This document shows positions 19,601-28,516 of a stretch of 64,000 nt of DNA, in pieces. Within the stretch, counting starts at the first letter, position 1. Each line of letters opens with the position of its first letter. The stretch comes from Candidatus Sumerlaeales bacterium. GTDB taxonomy: Bacteria; Sumerlaeota; Sumerlaeia; Sumerlaeales; Sumerlaeaceae. The notes beneath the pieces were generated by a model, which saw only the letters and a program-made list of their open reading frames with translations, searched no databases and had not been told where the DNA came from. The stretch spans positions 16,154 through 80,153 of the forward strand of contig JBBSQY010000011.1 of the NCBI GenBank assembly GCA_038243585.1, read 5' to 3'. A program made the position numbers and the translations under genes.

Positions 19601-20484
19601 AGCTGGAAATGATCCACGTGACGGAAAAGAAAGAACGGGATTTGGGCAAGTTGTTTCTGGAGCCGGGCGGGGCTGTTCGTGGGGTTGTGGAAAATCACCT
19701 GGGCGACCCTGTCCCGAATATGAAGGTTACGGTGAAGGGGGTAACCCCTACGAAGCAAACGACTACCGATGCTGCGGGAAATTATATGATTCAGGGCGTT
19801 CAGTTTGGCCGCTGGTCTGTGGTAGTCGAGGGTACTATGTCGAGCAAACCCATTTACGCCTTTCAAACTTCAGATTTTGAACGGGACGAATCTGAACAAT
19901 TGGATTTTATGTTGGAGACTACGGCAGACCTTTCCGGTCGCCTGATGGCGTCTGGAGAATCTGACCTACGCTCCGGCTCGGTAGCCATCCACGCTTATGA
20001 CGAAAACAATGTTGTGTTGGAAAACGTGCATTATGACGCTAAGGCAAGTTCTAACAATTTTGATATTAATGAAGTTCCGCCCGGACAGTACTTTTTATGG
20101 GTTGCAGGGCAGGGAGCAACTTCCTCTTTAAGTGCATGGAAAGATATCTTCCTGGAACGCGGAAAGAACCACACGAACGTGGAAATTGGATCGAGCAAAA
20201 TTCAGGGCAAGGTCATGACCGGAGCGGGAGAGCCAATTTCTAACGTTGCGGTGCAGGTGCTCCCGATTTTTAATATGCCGCGGCTATCGCAGAATTTGTA
20301 TAATAAGCTGATCCGTCCTACAGTATCCAGTGCGGACGGGTTGTTTAGTTTTGAGAATTTGCAGGCGGGATCTTACCAGGTGATTACGGAAACAGCTGTG
20401 GGTGGCGGATGGTATGCACAGCCGATTTTTCGGCTTAATAGTGCGCAGACATTCCAGGGGTTAAATGTGTTATTGAATGACTGA
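16630..20484 (+). CDS. Giant secreted/surface protein (1284 aa) composed of about 12 carboxypeptidase-regulatory-like (CarboxypepD_reg) beta-sandwich repeats
   Basis: N-terminal signal/TM (LLGVLLAVLAVGLLLTF). Recurrent units of about 80-100 aa follow the pattern G.V.D..G.P..GA.V.......T...G.F.F..LP.G.Y. Confidence 0.6.
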   Translation: MHMLENLSSRHSRLLGVLLAVLAVGLLLTFSDSVSGYDAPKALTRITGTHARTPGVIPSTYNGRSSRKSDAKDSGTSGAATLSGPDYSTSITLHGRTLDEQDKPLSGVKVSVRRSGYSETVKTQDSGKDGSFSLDGLPADTYDILATHEKFVSLIRPSYTFKPVETMVHMDFHLPLGANINGLVVNEEGQPLENVRVAARRKQATESKKNGAVLLDDSTYHTQITDKPGTFTLSGISLGDNVFEFFVPGYAMERMALDISPEKAAEQMKVTLKRTGIIAGMVLDENNQPVSTATVSLTRYKPLQSEAQNIDKGKLTAVTNAKGEFKFEKLYNEGYYDLLVEEAQYAPGIYPLVPANSDRVVCQVGLGGEISGLSQLIDRPTTAVSVLIKATALIKGTTFTKESTSDGAGRFRFQKLPYGAYSLTVDDGKFLSEPKDGVACAREKPTQDVAVELFETARLKGRVSDSENDASVPGAKVTLKATYGFDKARQKTFTLTADAHGVFDFGKLPSGIHIAQAEARGFLKGQTVKSQQNFVLTPGERKSDLILYLDHGGSVEGFVLDPAGRSVADVDIQLFAATQFDGAVDPAKLKGRTDGTGYFKVWGIEVGERVQLYASASKAGYTKTRSDMVELSPKAMSQAVQISISDGGEVTGIVTDKNKMPIPGAEVRMDSQAFPGDPSPSHIVVHSQPNGTYRVDSVPPGGATLTVSRAGFVKQGRGVTVRDSQHNDNVNFELESGTTIAGVVEDLDGNPIAGAKVKATGIKGSAGSEEDTTDKKGNFELNNLGKGDFRLDTTFNITTPEGVQAYSFTNPSVRSGTAQASIECDLGNTTLGKVKGEKGKDVDNFTVTLNSKTDTKTSQDFVFNLARGLKDSGGFFRLSKLPRGIYKVTVTADGFEPYVEDEVAIGPHKRTVLSEIRLNPAGGVVGRVYSTTSDRPVNNASVKLESVDSLAGEAPTVVSGSTNMRGDFRVATVPQGMYRVSIDHPSYIGTKLEMIHVTEKKERDLGKLFLEPGGAVRGVVENHLGDPVPNMKVTVKGVTPTKQTTTDAAGNYMIQGVQFGRWSVVVEGTMSSKPIYAFQTSDFERDESEQLDFMLETTADLSGRLMASGESDLRSGSVAIHAYDENNVVLENVHYDAKASSNNFDINEVPPGQYFLWVAGQGATSSLSAWKDIFLERGKNHTNVEIGSSKIQGKVMTGAGEPISNVAVQVLPIFNMPRLSQNLYNKLIRPTVSSADGLFSFENLQAGSYQVITETAVGGGWYAQPIFRLNSAQTFQGLNVLLND

Positions 20485-21028
20485 TCGGGACGCGGGGCAT
20501 AAGGACGCAGCCGTTATTATTGTTATGGGCGTTACCGGGTCTGGCAAGACGACTGTCGGCAATTTACTTGCCACGCGGATAGGTCTGCCTTTTTATGATG
20601 CAGATGATTTTCATTCTGACGCGAACCAGCAAAAGCTTGCAGATGACATACCTTTAAATGACGCTGATCGTGAGCCGTGGCTTGCGTACCTGGTTTCGCA
20701 GATTAAAACGTGGTCTGAAAACGGCGGGGCGGTTCTGGCGTGTTCAGCGTTAAAGCACGGATATCGGTCGCGATTTCGCAAGGCTGCAGATAATGTGCAT
20801 TTTGTCTTTCTTCATGGTGATCCGGCGATTATAGCGGAACGGCTTCGGGGTCGCGCTGCCAGAGGCGAGCATGTTATTTCCGATTTTGAGGCAATATTGC
20901 TGGGGCAGTACCGCGATCTGGAAGTGCCTTCGGATGCCTTTCGAGTGGACATTAATCAGACTCCGGAAAACATCCTGGATGCGATAGTCAGTGGTCTTTC
21001 GGCTTCGTTCGATTGTAATGTAAAATGA
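20477..21028 (+). CDS. gntK: Gluconokinase (shikimate kinase-like P-loop carbohydrate kinase)
   Basis: P-loop MGVTGSGKTTVG. The motifs FYDADDFH and SALKHGYR and a length of about 180 aa fit the thermoresistant gluconokinase family. Its start overlaps the upstream stop (ATGA). Confidence 0.65.
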   Translation: MTDRDAGHKDAAVIIVMGVTGSGKTTVGNLLATRIGLPFYDADDFHSDANQQKLADDIPLNDADREPWLAYLVSQIKTWSENGGAVLACSALKHGYRSRFRKAADNVHFVFLHGDPAIIAERLRGRAARGEHVISDFEAILLGQYRDLEVPSDAFRVDINQTPENILDAIVSGLSASFDCNVK

Positions 21029-21846
21029 CAGAAGACTCGCGTGTCGGGATGTCGCAAGTCCCTTTAATAGACGTAGATAACATCCGGGTTGAACGAGACA
21101 ATACGCTGATTCTGGATTCATGTTCGTGGCGGGTAAACGCGGGAGAAAACTGGGTCGTCTTTGGCCCAAATGGGGCGGGTAAGACGTCGCTTCTTAATGT
21201 AATCCAAGGTTATCTATGGCCTTCCAGCGGTGTGACGCGCGTGTTTGGCGGCACCCTTGGCAATGGGGTGGACGTGCGGGAAATGCGCAAGACAATGCCG
21301 GTGGTGAGCGAATCTGTAAGGCGGATGATTCATGATCACCTGACCGGACTTGAAGTTCTGGTGACCGGGGCACGGGCGCATCTTAATATTTTTGATGTGC
21401 CAACGGCAGAGGAACTGGAGAAGGCGCGCGGAGTGGCCGACGTGACTGGCGTTACTCCCCTGCTGGATAAGGCATTTTCCGTAATGAGTACGGGCGAGCG
21501 GCAACGGGTGTTGATTGCGCGGGCGCTGATGGCGGACCCTCGAGTGGTGATTCTGGATGAACCATGCACCGGTCTGGATCTGGCAGGGCGGGAGTGGGTA
21601 TTGCATAGCATTGAGAGCATTTATAAGTCTGCCTCACATGCGTCGCTGCTGTTTACAACCCACCATGTGGAGGAGATAGCTGAGGGTTTTACTCATGCGC
21701 TACTTATTGGCGGCGGGCGGGTGTTTGCGGCGGGTCCGATTGAGACGGTTTTTACAAGCGAAAACCTGAGTGAGTTGTTTCAGATTCCTCTGACTATCGG
21801 CCGTAAGGACGGACGTTGGAGCGCACGAGCTAGCGTGGCAGATTAA
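21025..21846 (+). CDS. ABC transporter ATP-binding protein
   Basis: Walker A GPNGAGKTS, an MSTGERQR signature-like motif and Walker B ILDEPCTGLD. It is coupled to gntK by a 4 nt overlap. Confidence 0.7.
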   Translation: MTEDSRVGMSQVPLIDVDNIRVERDNTLILDSCSWRVNAGENWVVFGPNGAGKTSLLNVIQGYLWPSSGVTRVFGGTLGNGVDVREMRKTMPVVSESVRRMIHDHLTGLEVLVTGARAHLNIFDVPTAEELEKARGVADVTGVTPLLDKAFSVMSTGERQRVLIARALMADPRVVILDEPCTGLDLAGREWVLHSIESIYKSASHASLLFTTHHVEEIAEGFTHALLIGGGRVFAAGPIETVFTSENLSELFQIPLTIGRKDGRWSARASVAD

Positions 21847-22103
21847 ACATTTGGAAATAAAATACCGGGACGCCTGAAGGGAGGCGCCCCGGTGGTTAAA
21901 ATGCCAGCCGCATTGCGGCGGTTGGTATAATGGCGGCGAGCTCGTTTGCCGAGGACTTGCACTCCGCCGAAAGTGTTAAGATAAGGATAAGACAGAGTCG
22001 TTTCGGAAAGGTTCCGGAGCGACATTGAAAATTTACTATTTGGGGCTATACCCCGCCGTGCCGGATTTTCCTTTTTCCCGTTAGCTTATTTAATTAGTCT
22101 TTC

Positions 22104-23342
22104 TCACTGATTGGCGTCTTCTATGAGATGAACCGCCATTGCATCGCGCAGCTTTGGCTCGAACCAAGTTGACTTTGGAGGCATCAGACCGTCGGCGTCG
22201 GCAATTTCCATCAGGTCTTCGACAGACGTGGGATACAGGCAAAAGGCCACCGCGTGTTCACCGGACGTAACGAGTCGTTCGAGTTCTTTCGTACCGCGAA
22301 TTCCGCCGATGAAAGCTACTCGTTTATCAGTTCTGGGGTCACCGATTGCCAGCATAGGCGCCAATACATTATCCTGCAATATAGACACATCAAGCTGCGC
22401 CACGGCGTCGCCGCGGGTCGCGATGGCGGGCATCCAGCGCAGGAGATACCATTTGTCTTTCAGGAACATCGTGACCTCGCCCTTTTCCCGAGGCATATTA
22501 TCGGGAGGAGAAGGAAGCACTTCGGCTATTTCCATTATTTGGGAGAGGAAGTCGTCGATCTCGTGGCCGTTGAGGTCTCGAATGGCGCGGTTATATCCGA
22601 GGATCTGAACCTGGTCATGAGGAAAGTTTACGGTAAGAAAAAGACCTGCTGGATTATCCGGGCCGGCAGCGCGTTCTTTGGCAACGCGTAGGGCAGCGGC
22701 GCTACGGTGATGGCCATCTGCCACGTATAGCGCGGGAACTTTTACGAACGCCGCTTCCAGAGAAGCTATGACTGATTCATCGTAGATCATCCACGCGGTA
22801 TGCTGAATGCCATCTTCGCTGGTGAAGTCGATGTCGGCGTCGCGTTGCGTTTCGCTGTCGACTATATTGTTGATCTCGGGCTCGGCGGGATACGTAAGAA
22901 ACACAGCGCCGGTTTGTGCCTGGAGAAGATTGATGTGGCGCGTGCGGTCGTCCTCTTTGTCCGGACGGGTCAACTCGTGTTTTTTAATTATGCCGTTGTC
23001 GTACTCTTTGCAGCTGGCGGCACCGACGATTCCGAATTGGGCGTGTTCGCCCATTACCTGGCGATAAATCATATAGACGGGCTTGTCTTCGCGGATGAGA
23101 ACACCGGTCTTGATCAGGCGCTGGAGATTTTCTGCGCCGTGCCGATAGACGTCATCACTATAGGGGTTTGCATCGGACGGGAATTCTATTTCGCTGCGAG
23201 TAACGCGAAGGAAACTATTGGGATGTCCCTCGGCCATGGCCCGCGCTTCATCCGTGTTCATTACGTCGTATGGAAGCGTGCAAACTTCTGGGGCTTTGTC
23301 AAATGCGGGTCTGAGTATGCGAAAAGGTTTAAGCGTGGCCAA
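22104..23342 (-). CDS. DUF1015 family protein (COG4198)
   Basis: The N-terminus MATLKPFRILRP...LPYDVM and the overall length of about 410 aa match the conserved DUF1015 architecture as I recall it. Function unknown. Confidence 0.55.
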   Translation of the reverse strand: MATLKPFRILRPAFDKAPEVCTLPYDVMNTDEARAMAEGHPNSFLRVTRSEIEFPSDANPYSDDVYRHGAENLQRLIKTGVLIREDKPVYMIYRQVMGEHAQFGIVGAASCKEYDNGIIKKHELTRPDKEDDRTRHINLLQAQTGAVFLTYPAEPEINNIVDSETQRDADIDFTSEDGIQHTAWMIYDESVIASLEAAFVKVPALYVADGHHRSAAALRVAKERAAGPDNPAGLFLTVNFPHDQVQILGYNRAIRDLNGHEIDDFLSQIMEIAEVLPSPPDNMPREKGEVTMFLKDKWYLLRWMPAIATRGDAVAQLDVSILQDNVLAPMLAIGDPRTDKRVAFIGGIRGTKELERLVTSGEHAVAFCLYPTSVEDLMEIADADGLMPPKSTWFEPKLRDAMAVHLIEDANQ

Positions 23343-23511
23343 TGGATGATCCTTTGTTGGTCTGAGTTATGGAACAGGCTGGAAAATGTGCCTGGTAGTT
23401 TGACATTACAATTCGGCGGCTGGGTATTCCGATGTCGTGGTTGGGAAGTCTTTCATAAGAGCCTGCGAATACTAGTATTGTGAGTACATCAGGCTTTGAA
23501 TTTTTTCACAT

Positions 23512-25338
23512 TTACCCAATTGACAGGTTCCCGATATCATCTGTTTTTAGCATGAGAATGACTCCTTCGCCGGGGCCAAGCTGTATTGCTCTTGAGACTG
23601 TGTCAGTGGATTTCCTTTCGGTAGAGGTCGAGAAAATGACCGGTATCGTTTTATCAGGCAGCGGATACTCGATGTTCTCGTTAGCAAAATTGATGATGAT
23701 ATAAAGTGCTTCCAGCTCATAATGGCGGCAATAGGCGGCAATGGGTTCTTTGGCGGGGACAGGCTGATGGGATCCGACGCTAAGTGCCTTGTGTTGGCGT
23801 CGCAGTTGGATGAGTTCACGTATCATGTTGAGCAAAGAATTCTCGTCGTTTTTCTGGACTTCAACATTGCAGGCTAGATTGTCACCCATAGGCAGCCAAG
23901 TGGCGTCGCCATCTGTAAAGTCGCCCATATGGGTCGAGTCCCATGGCATAGGAGCCCTTTGTGGGTCACGTCCATTCCCGATACCCGGTTCTCGTATCTC
24001 AAAGGGATCGCGAACCTGGTGCGGAGCGATGGGCACATCAAGCATTCCGATTTCGTCACCATAGTACATGGTTGGGGTGCCGCGCAGCGTAAGCAACAAC
24101 AGCTGCGCACCGCGTACCTGGTGAGGCTGGAGCCGGGAAGCCGTCCGCGTCTGATCATGATTGCCCAAAACCCAATTAGGCCAGGCACCTTCGGGGAGAT
24201 GGGATTCGTAAGTGTCCACCGCTTCCATGATTGGTTTGCTGCGCCACGGAAGATGAGCCAGCTGAAAGTTGTAAGGCATATTTGTGCCGTTGGCAGAGGG
24301 GCCATAATAGGCCATCAGGCGTTCGACGGGGAGGTAGATTTCTCCTATGAAAAGCTTATCGTGACCGTAACTATCGATGATGCTTCGAATCTGTTGAACA
24401 AGCGCATGGACCTCAGGGCGATCCGTGGAATAGATGGGATCGAGCTGGTCATAGGACGGCTGGCTGTCTTTTTTAAACCCAAGATTAATGGGATTATCGC
24501 GCCATTGATCGTCCTTAATGATATGCCATAATACATCGACTCTGAATCCGTCAACTCCTCGATCAAGCCAGTAGCGTAGTACGGCCTCCATGGCGTCAAT
24601 CACTTCAGGGTTTCGCCAGTTCAGGTCGGGTTGCTGTTTCAGGAATCCATGGTAATAGTATTGTCCGGTGTGCTCATCAAGTTCCCAAGCCGATCCACCG
24701 AATACGCTGAGCCAGTTGTTTGGAGGGGAACCGTCGGGGTTTGGATCTTTCCAAATGTACCAATCTCGCTTCGGGCTGTCCCTGGATGACCGGGATTCCT
24801 GAAACCACGCGTGCTGATCGGAAGTATGATTTGGCACAAAATCCAATATGATTCTCAGGTTAAGGGCATGGGCTTTTTTGATCAGTAGATCAAAGTCTTC
24901 GATTGTGCCGAAGATAGGATCCACGGCACAATAATCGGCGATATCGTATCCGAAATCCGCCATGGGTGATTTAAAAATCGGCGAGAGCCAAATGGCGTCG
25001 ACGCCAAGCCAACTGAGATACTCCAGGCGCTGGATGATGCCTTGCAGATCACCTACGCCGTCACCGTTACTATCCTGAAAAGACCGTGGATATATTTGGT
25101 AAATTATCCCTTTTTCCCACCAAAGGTATTCGGCTTTGGGGTTCGTAGCGGTAGCGTTGACCGGGATTTTTTCATGAGATTCGTGAGTCTGAGACATGGT
25201 TTGCGTAGGTCCTTTTTTAAAGCATGAAGCAAAATCTGAACCGGAACAAGACGGGGGATTCAGTGCGTCCTTCGGGGACTGGAACACCATGCTCTGCACG
25301 GGAAAGCCATGTTGGATGTAGACCTTTAAAAGTTTCAT
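23512..25338 (-). CDS. GH13 alpha-glucosidase / oligo-1,6-glucosidase-like (alpha-amylase family)
   Basis: WWEKGIIYQIYPRSFQDSNGDGVGDLQGI, GVDAIWLSPI, LDFVPNHTSDQH, GFRVDV and EIY motifs (GH13 regions I-IV). The true start is probably the internal Met (MSQTHESH) near 25197. Confidence 0.8.
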   Translation of the reverse strand: MKLLKVYIQHGFPVQSMVFQSPKDALNPPSCSGSDFASCFKKGPTQTMSQTHESHEKIPVNATATNPKAEYLWWEKGIIYQIYPRSFQDSNGDGVGDLQGIIQRLEYLSWLGVDAIWLSPIFKSPMADFGYDIADYCAVDPIFGTIEDFDLLIKKAHALNLRIILDFVPNHTSDQHAWFQESRSSRDSPKRDWYIWKDPNPDGSPPNNWLSVFGGSAWELDEHTGQYYYHGFLKQQPDLNWRNPEVIDAMEAVLRYWLDRGVDGFRVDVLWHIIKDDQWRDNPINLGFKKDSQPSYDQLDPIYSTDRPEVHALVQQIRSIIDSYGHDKLFIGEIYLPVERLMAYYGPSANGTNMPYNFQLAHLPWRSKPIMEAVDTYESHLPEGAWPNWVLGNHDQTRTASRLQPHQVRGAQLLLLTLRGTPTMYYGDEIGMLDVPIAPHQVRDPFEIREPGIGNGRDPQRAPMPWDSTHMGDFTDGDATWLPMGDNLACNVEVQKNDENSLLNMIRELIQLRRQHKALSVGSHQPVPAKEPIAAYCRHYELEALYIIINFANENIEYPLPDKTIPVIFSTSTERKSTDTVSRAIQLGPGEGVILMLKTDDIGNLSIG

Positions 25339-25364
25339 AGTCTAGTCCGGAAAGGACGCTTGTT

Positions 25365-26144
25365 ATGACTCTGCATCAAATTCTTATTATTGGGTTTTTC
25401 CTCATCTCCAGCATGGTTGAAGCTAGCGAGTCGCTGACGCTGCGCGTGATGAGTTTTAACATTCATCATGGGGCCGACAAATTGGAGCGGGACAGGCTGG
25501 ATGAGATGGCCTATGTAATTAAAGAATCGGGCGTGGATCTGGTTGGTTTGCAGGAGGTGGATATTGGCTGCAACCGGTCTGGAAAAGTTGACCAGATAAA
25601 GCGGCTGGCAGAGCTGACGGGGATGCATACCGCTTTTGCAGAGCACTTTGCGTATGACGGCGGACTTTATGGGCAGGGGCTTCTTTCACGGTATCCGCTC
25701 ACGAATATCAAAAACGATCGAATTACGCTGATAAAAAAAGACGGGACCACGGACACCCGCGCGCTCGTTTCGGCGGTGGCTACTTTGCCGGACGGCAAAA
25801 AAGTGACGATGGCGAGTGTGCATATGGCATTGGATCAGCCGTCGCGCATGATTCAGGCACGAGAAATTATTAACTTTTTATCCGAGGCTGAGATGCCTGT
25901 TGTTTTAGCAGGTGATATGAACGCGGAGCCGCGCACGGAGGAACTCCGCCTGCTGGAGACTAAGTTTACCGATCTCGACGCAGAGAACAGACTGACTTTC
26001 CCGGTCGATATACCGGTCAAGAAAATCGATTATATCTACGTAGGAACAAATCGTCTGGAGAAAATCCTCAGTTACCAGGTTCTGACTGAACAGAAACAAT
26101 CTGATCACCTGCCGATTGTCGGAGAGTTTAATATCTCGTTTTAA
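25365..26144 (+). CDS. Endonuclease/exonuclease/phosphatase (EEP) family protein, secreted
   Basis: A signal peptide followed by LRVMSFNIHHG...VDLVGLQEV and a C-terminal SDHLPI motif typical of EEP hydrolases. Confidence 0.7.
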   Translation: MTLHQILIIGFFLISSMVEASESLTLRVMSFNIHHGADKLERDRLDEMAYVIKESGVDLVGLQEVDIGCNRSGKVDQIKRLAELTGMHTAFAEHFAYDGGLYGQGLLSRYPLTNIKNDRITLIKKDGTTDTRALVSAVATLPDGKKVTMASVHMALDQPSRMIQAREIINFLSEAEMPVVLAGDMNAEPRTEELRLLETKFTDLDAENRLTFPVDIPVKKIDYIYVGTNRLEKILSYQVLTEQKQSDHLPIVGEFNISF

Positions 26145-26233
26145 GGATTTGGTTATCTGACATCGGCTATACGAGCGGTGAAGTGTTACCCGACTTTAAG
26201 TTAAAATTCCTTGATATCCAGGCAAAGGTATTC

Positions 26234-26647
26234 TCAGGGGGCCATTCCAAAGATTTCAGACGATAGTCCGAGCTTGCTTTGGAATATGAGTGCGATGTTT
26301 CTTGCGCGCTGTTTTGCGATTTCGGCCATTTCTCCCGAGTACAAAGTATCTATGGCGTGGTCAAATAGCTGTACCCAGCGTGTAAAATGCGCAGCAGTCA
26401 GATGCGACTGGAGCTCTGCGTGCACAGGAAAAGGCTGGCCTTTGTAGGTGCGGGCGCCTAGTAGCATGCTGGACCAGAAGGAGTACATTATCGGAAGATG
26501 TTCGTCCCAATTCACCTCGGCGACATCCACAAAGATCGGCCGCAGAAGATCATCCTGCAAAATGTCGGCGTAGAAAAAATCGACAAACGCTTTTACGTCT
26601 TCTGGAGTGGTGATATCGGGTAACGGAAGAGGTTTGGCTTTGGACAT
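26234..26647 (-). CDS. Group III truncated haemoglobin-like globin
   Basis: 137 aa from the ATG at 26647 (MSKAKPLP). Resembles Ctb-type trHbIII in blocks (FVDFFYADILQDDLLRPIF, WDEHLPIMYSFWSSMLLG...YKGQP, HFTRWVQLFDHAID). The longer 178 aa ORF-track frame has an implausible Arg/Cys-rich leader. Confidence 0.55.
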   Translation of the reverse strand: MSKAKPLPLPDITTPEDVKAFVDFFYADILQDDLLRPIFVDVAEVNWDEHLPIMYSFWSSMLLGARTYKGQPFPVHAELQSHLTAAHFTRWVQLFDHAIDTLYSGEMAEIAKQRARNIALIFQSKLGLSSEIFGMAP

Positions 26648-26929
26648 TAGAAAGTACCTTTTGAGACGCTGCTTTCGAATTAAGCTACCTGAGCAATCGC
26701 ATTGTATTGGCATGCGGCAAAATCGGATCAGCAGGGTTCGTTTTACGCGCGGAGTTTCTCTGTATCTCATTACCCTTTGAAACGATTTAAACTTTTTCCC
26801 GGGATGCGTCGCTGTCGCAATTTACCCGGGACTATCTTCTACAGGCAAGTCGCGGCAGTTTAATATAGTCAGCTCTAACAAATTACCGCCTACTACTGAC
26901 TGAGTTTGTTTATGGTGTGAAGGCTGGTG

Positions 26930-28414
26930 CTAGAACCGGTATCGGGTCTGGAAATAAAAGAAGTTTGCCGGGTCACTTCGGCCTGAGGCTGCAGGGAACG
27001 TGCTGGGAAAGAAGCGGGCAACTCCGGATTCGTAGGTCAGGCATTTGCTGGATTGGTATTCCGCCGTGAGACTTAATTCCTGGCCGATTGCGCTGCCGCT
27101 TCGTCCGGTTATGTCTCGAATTGCGTTTTCACCCGGGCCGTTTGACCACTCGTCTTTCTTACTGTCCATCCAGTAGGAATGGGCTTCGGCCTGAAAGGAT
27201 AATTTTTTGGTGGGCTGGATTTTCCCGATGAGGGCCAGCTCGCGCAGGTTGCGCGGGCGAACGAAATCTATAATTCCGTAGGGGCTATGGTTGGTTCCAA
27301 AAAGATTGTTGAACCCTCCGGCTACACCGTCGTTGGGATCATCGTCTCCACTGGCAAGGGTTCCGACGAGACCGAGGCTGGGCTTCCATGGTTGCTCCCA
27401 TTCGTATGTTAGATCACCACGTAGAAAATGCGCACGGATCTGATCTTTTGAGTAGCGGCCAAACTGAAAGGCGCCCTCGGCCGTGTAGCTGAGAGTGCCG
27501 GCGTCAGTTTCGCGCAGCGGACCGTAAAGTACGGATCCAACTGTATAGCGGTTTGCGCTGCCGTAGGTTCCGTCTTCGCTCTTTCGGTCTGGCGCGTAGG
27601 TCCGGTGTGAATCTTTGTCCGTATGGCCGAGAAAATAGCTTTCCAGGGTGTGAGGTTTGAAGTGTCGGGACGTTGTGTATGCACCGTAGAGAAACTCATC
27701 CTGTCGAGGTCTTCCCCGGCCGGTAATGATGTCGTCGCCGCGGCGCCGCTCGTAGTAATTGGGGTGAAGGACGAACAGGTCGGCGTCCAAATCTTCGGTG
27801 CGGTACATCGCTGTTACGCCGTCGAATCGGCGGCGAAGATTACTCCAGTTGCTGGCGTCCACCAGGCGTTTGTCGCGGCCCAGACTCAACTCCTGGCGAC
27901 CAACGCGCAAAGCCCATGGCCCATTGCCAGGCTGTTTAAAGTCCAGAAAAGCCTGGTGTAGATCACCATGATCTTCCTGGTTTTGCTCCTGTTTTGCGTC
28001 GATTACCCGGGCATCCACAAATTCCACAAAAGCCCGGACAACCGTCCCGTAAGTCAAATCGAAATTAATCCGGGTCCGCAGGAATCCAAGACCATCGTTG
28101 CTGGAGTTGTTTGAATCGTTAAGATCGAAATTGTCCCGGTACTCTGCCCGGGCCCTAACTTCGCCGCCTACCTGAAGGTTATACTCCTGCTCGGCTCCCC
28201 ACACCATGGGCTTGAACAGATGGTATTCGTCTTCTTTTTCTTTGGACTCGGTGGAACCGGCGTCGGTAGAGATGGTGGATGTGGTTTCGGGAGAGGCTGG
28301 AGGTTGGGCGGACGCGGATGTCAACCAGATGGCCAGGATGAGAAAACATGGGGCGAATTTGACATTGGCAGGGCGAAATGGAATTGTGAACCTATAAAAA
28401 TCGATAGTTTTCAT
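26930..28414 (-). CDS. Outer-membrane beta-barrel protein (alginate-export/porin-like)
   Basis: Signal peptide and alternating amphipathic beta-strand character with an aromatic-rich C-terminus ending in F (FYFQTRYRF). Lies 102 bp downstream of, and co-directional with, the 986 aa repeat protein. The family assignment rests on pattern only. Confidence 0.45.
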   Translation of the reverse strand: MKTIDFYRFTIPFRPANVKFAPCFLILAIWLTSASAQPPASPETTSTISTDAGSTESKEKEDEYHLFKPMVWGAEQEYNLQVGGEVRARAEYRDNFDLNDSNNSSNDGLGFLRTRINFDLTYGTVVRAFVEFVDARVIDAKQEQNQEDHGDLHQAFLDFKQPGNGPWALRVGRQELSLGRDKRLVDASNWSNLRRRFDGVTAMYRTEDLDADLFVLHPNYYERRRGDDIITGRGRPRQDEFLYGAYTTSRHFKPHTLESYFLGHTDKDSHRTYAPDRKSEDGTYGSANRYTVGSVLYGPLRETDAGTLSYTAEGAFQFGRYSKDQIRAHFLRGDLTYEWEQPWKPSLGLVGTLASGDDDPNDGVAGGFNNLFGTNHSPYGIIDFVRPRNLRELALIGKIQPTKKLSFQAEAHSYWMDSKKDEWSNGPGENAIRDITGRSGSAIGQELSLTAEYQSSKCLTYESGVARFFPSTFPAASGRSDPANFFYFQTRYRF

Positions 28415-28516
28415 GGTCTGAGGTTGGCTCTGCTAAATTGAAATTTTTGTTAAAGTGTTATTTTACAGCAAGGTTTTGCGCAGGCGGGACGCCTATGGTA
28501 CTTCTTGGATTTTTAC

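Noticed and set aside
21930-22000. tRNA-like segment (ggttggtataatggcggcg)
   Set aside because: I could not fold it into a cloverleaf with a 7 bp acceptor stem or a T-loop GTTC motif. It is more likely promoter-like sequence.
22800-23483. 227 aa plus-strand ORF overlapping the DUF1015 gene
   Set aside because: Antisense to the better-supported 412 aa DUF1015 ORF.
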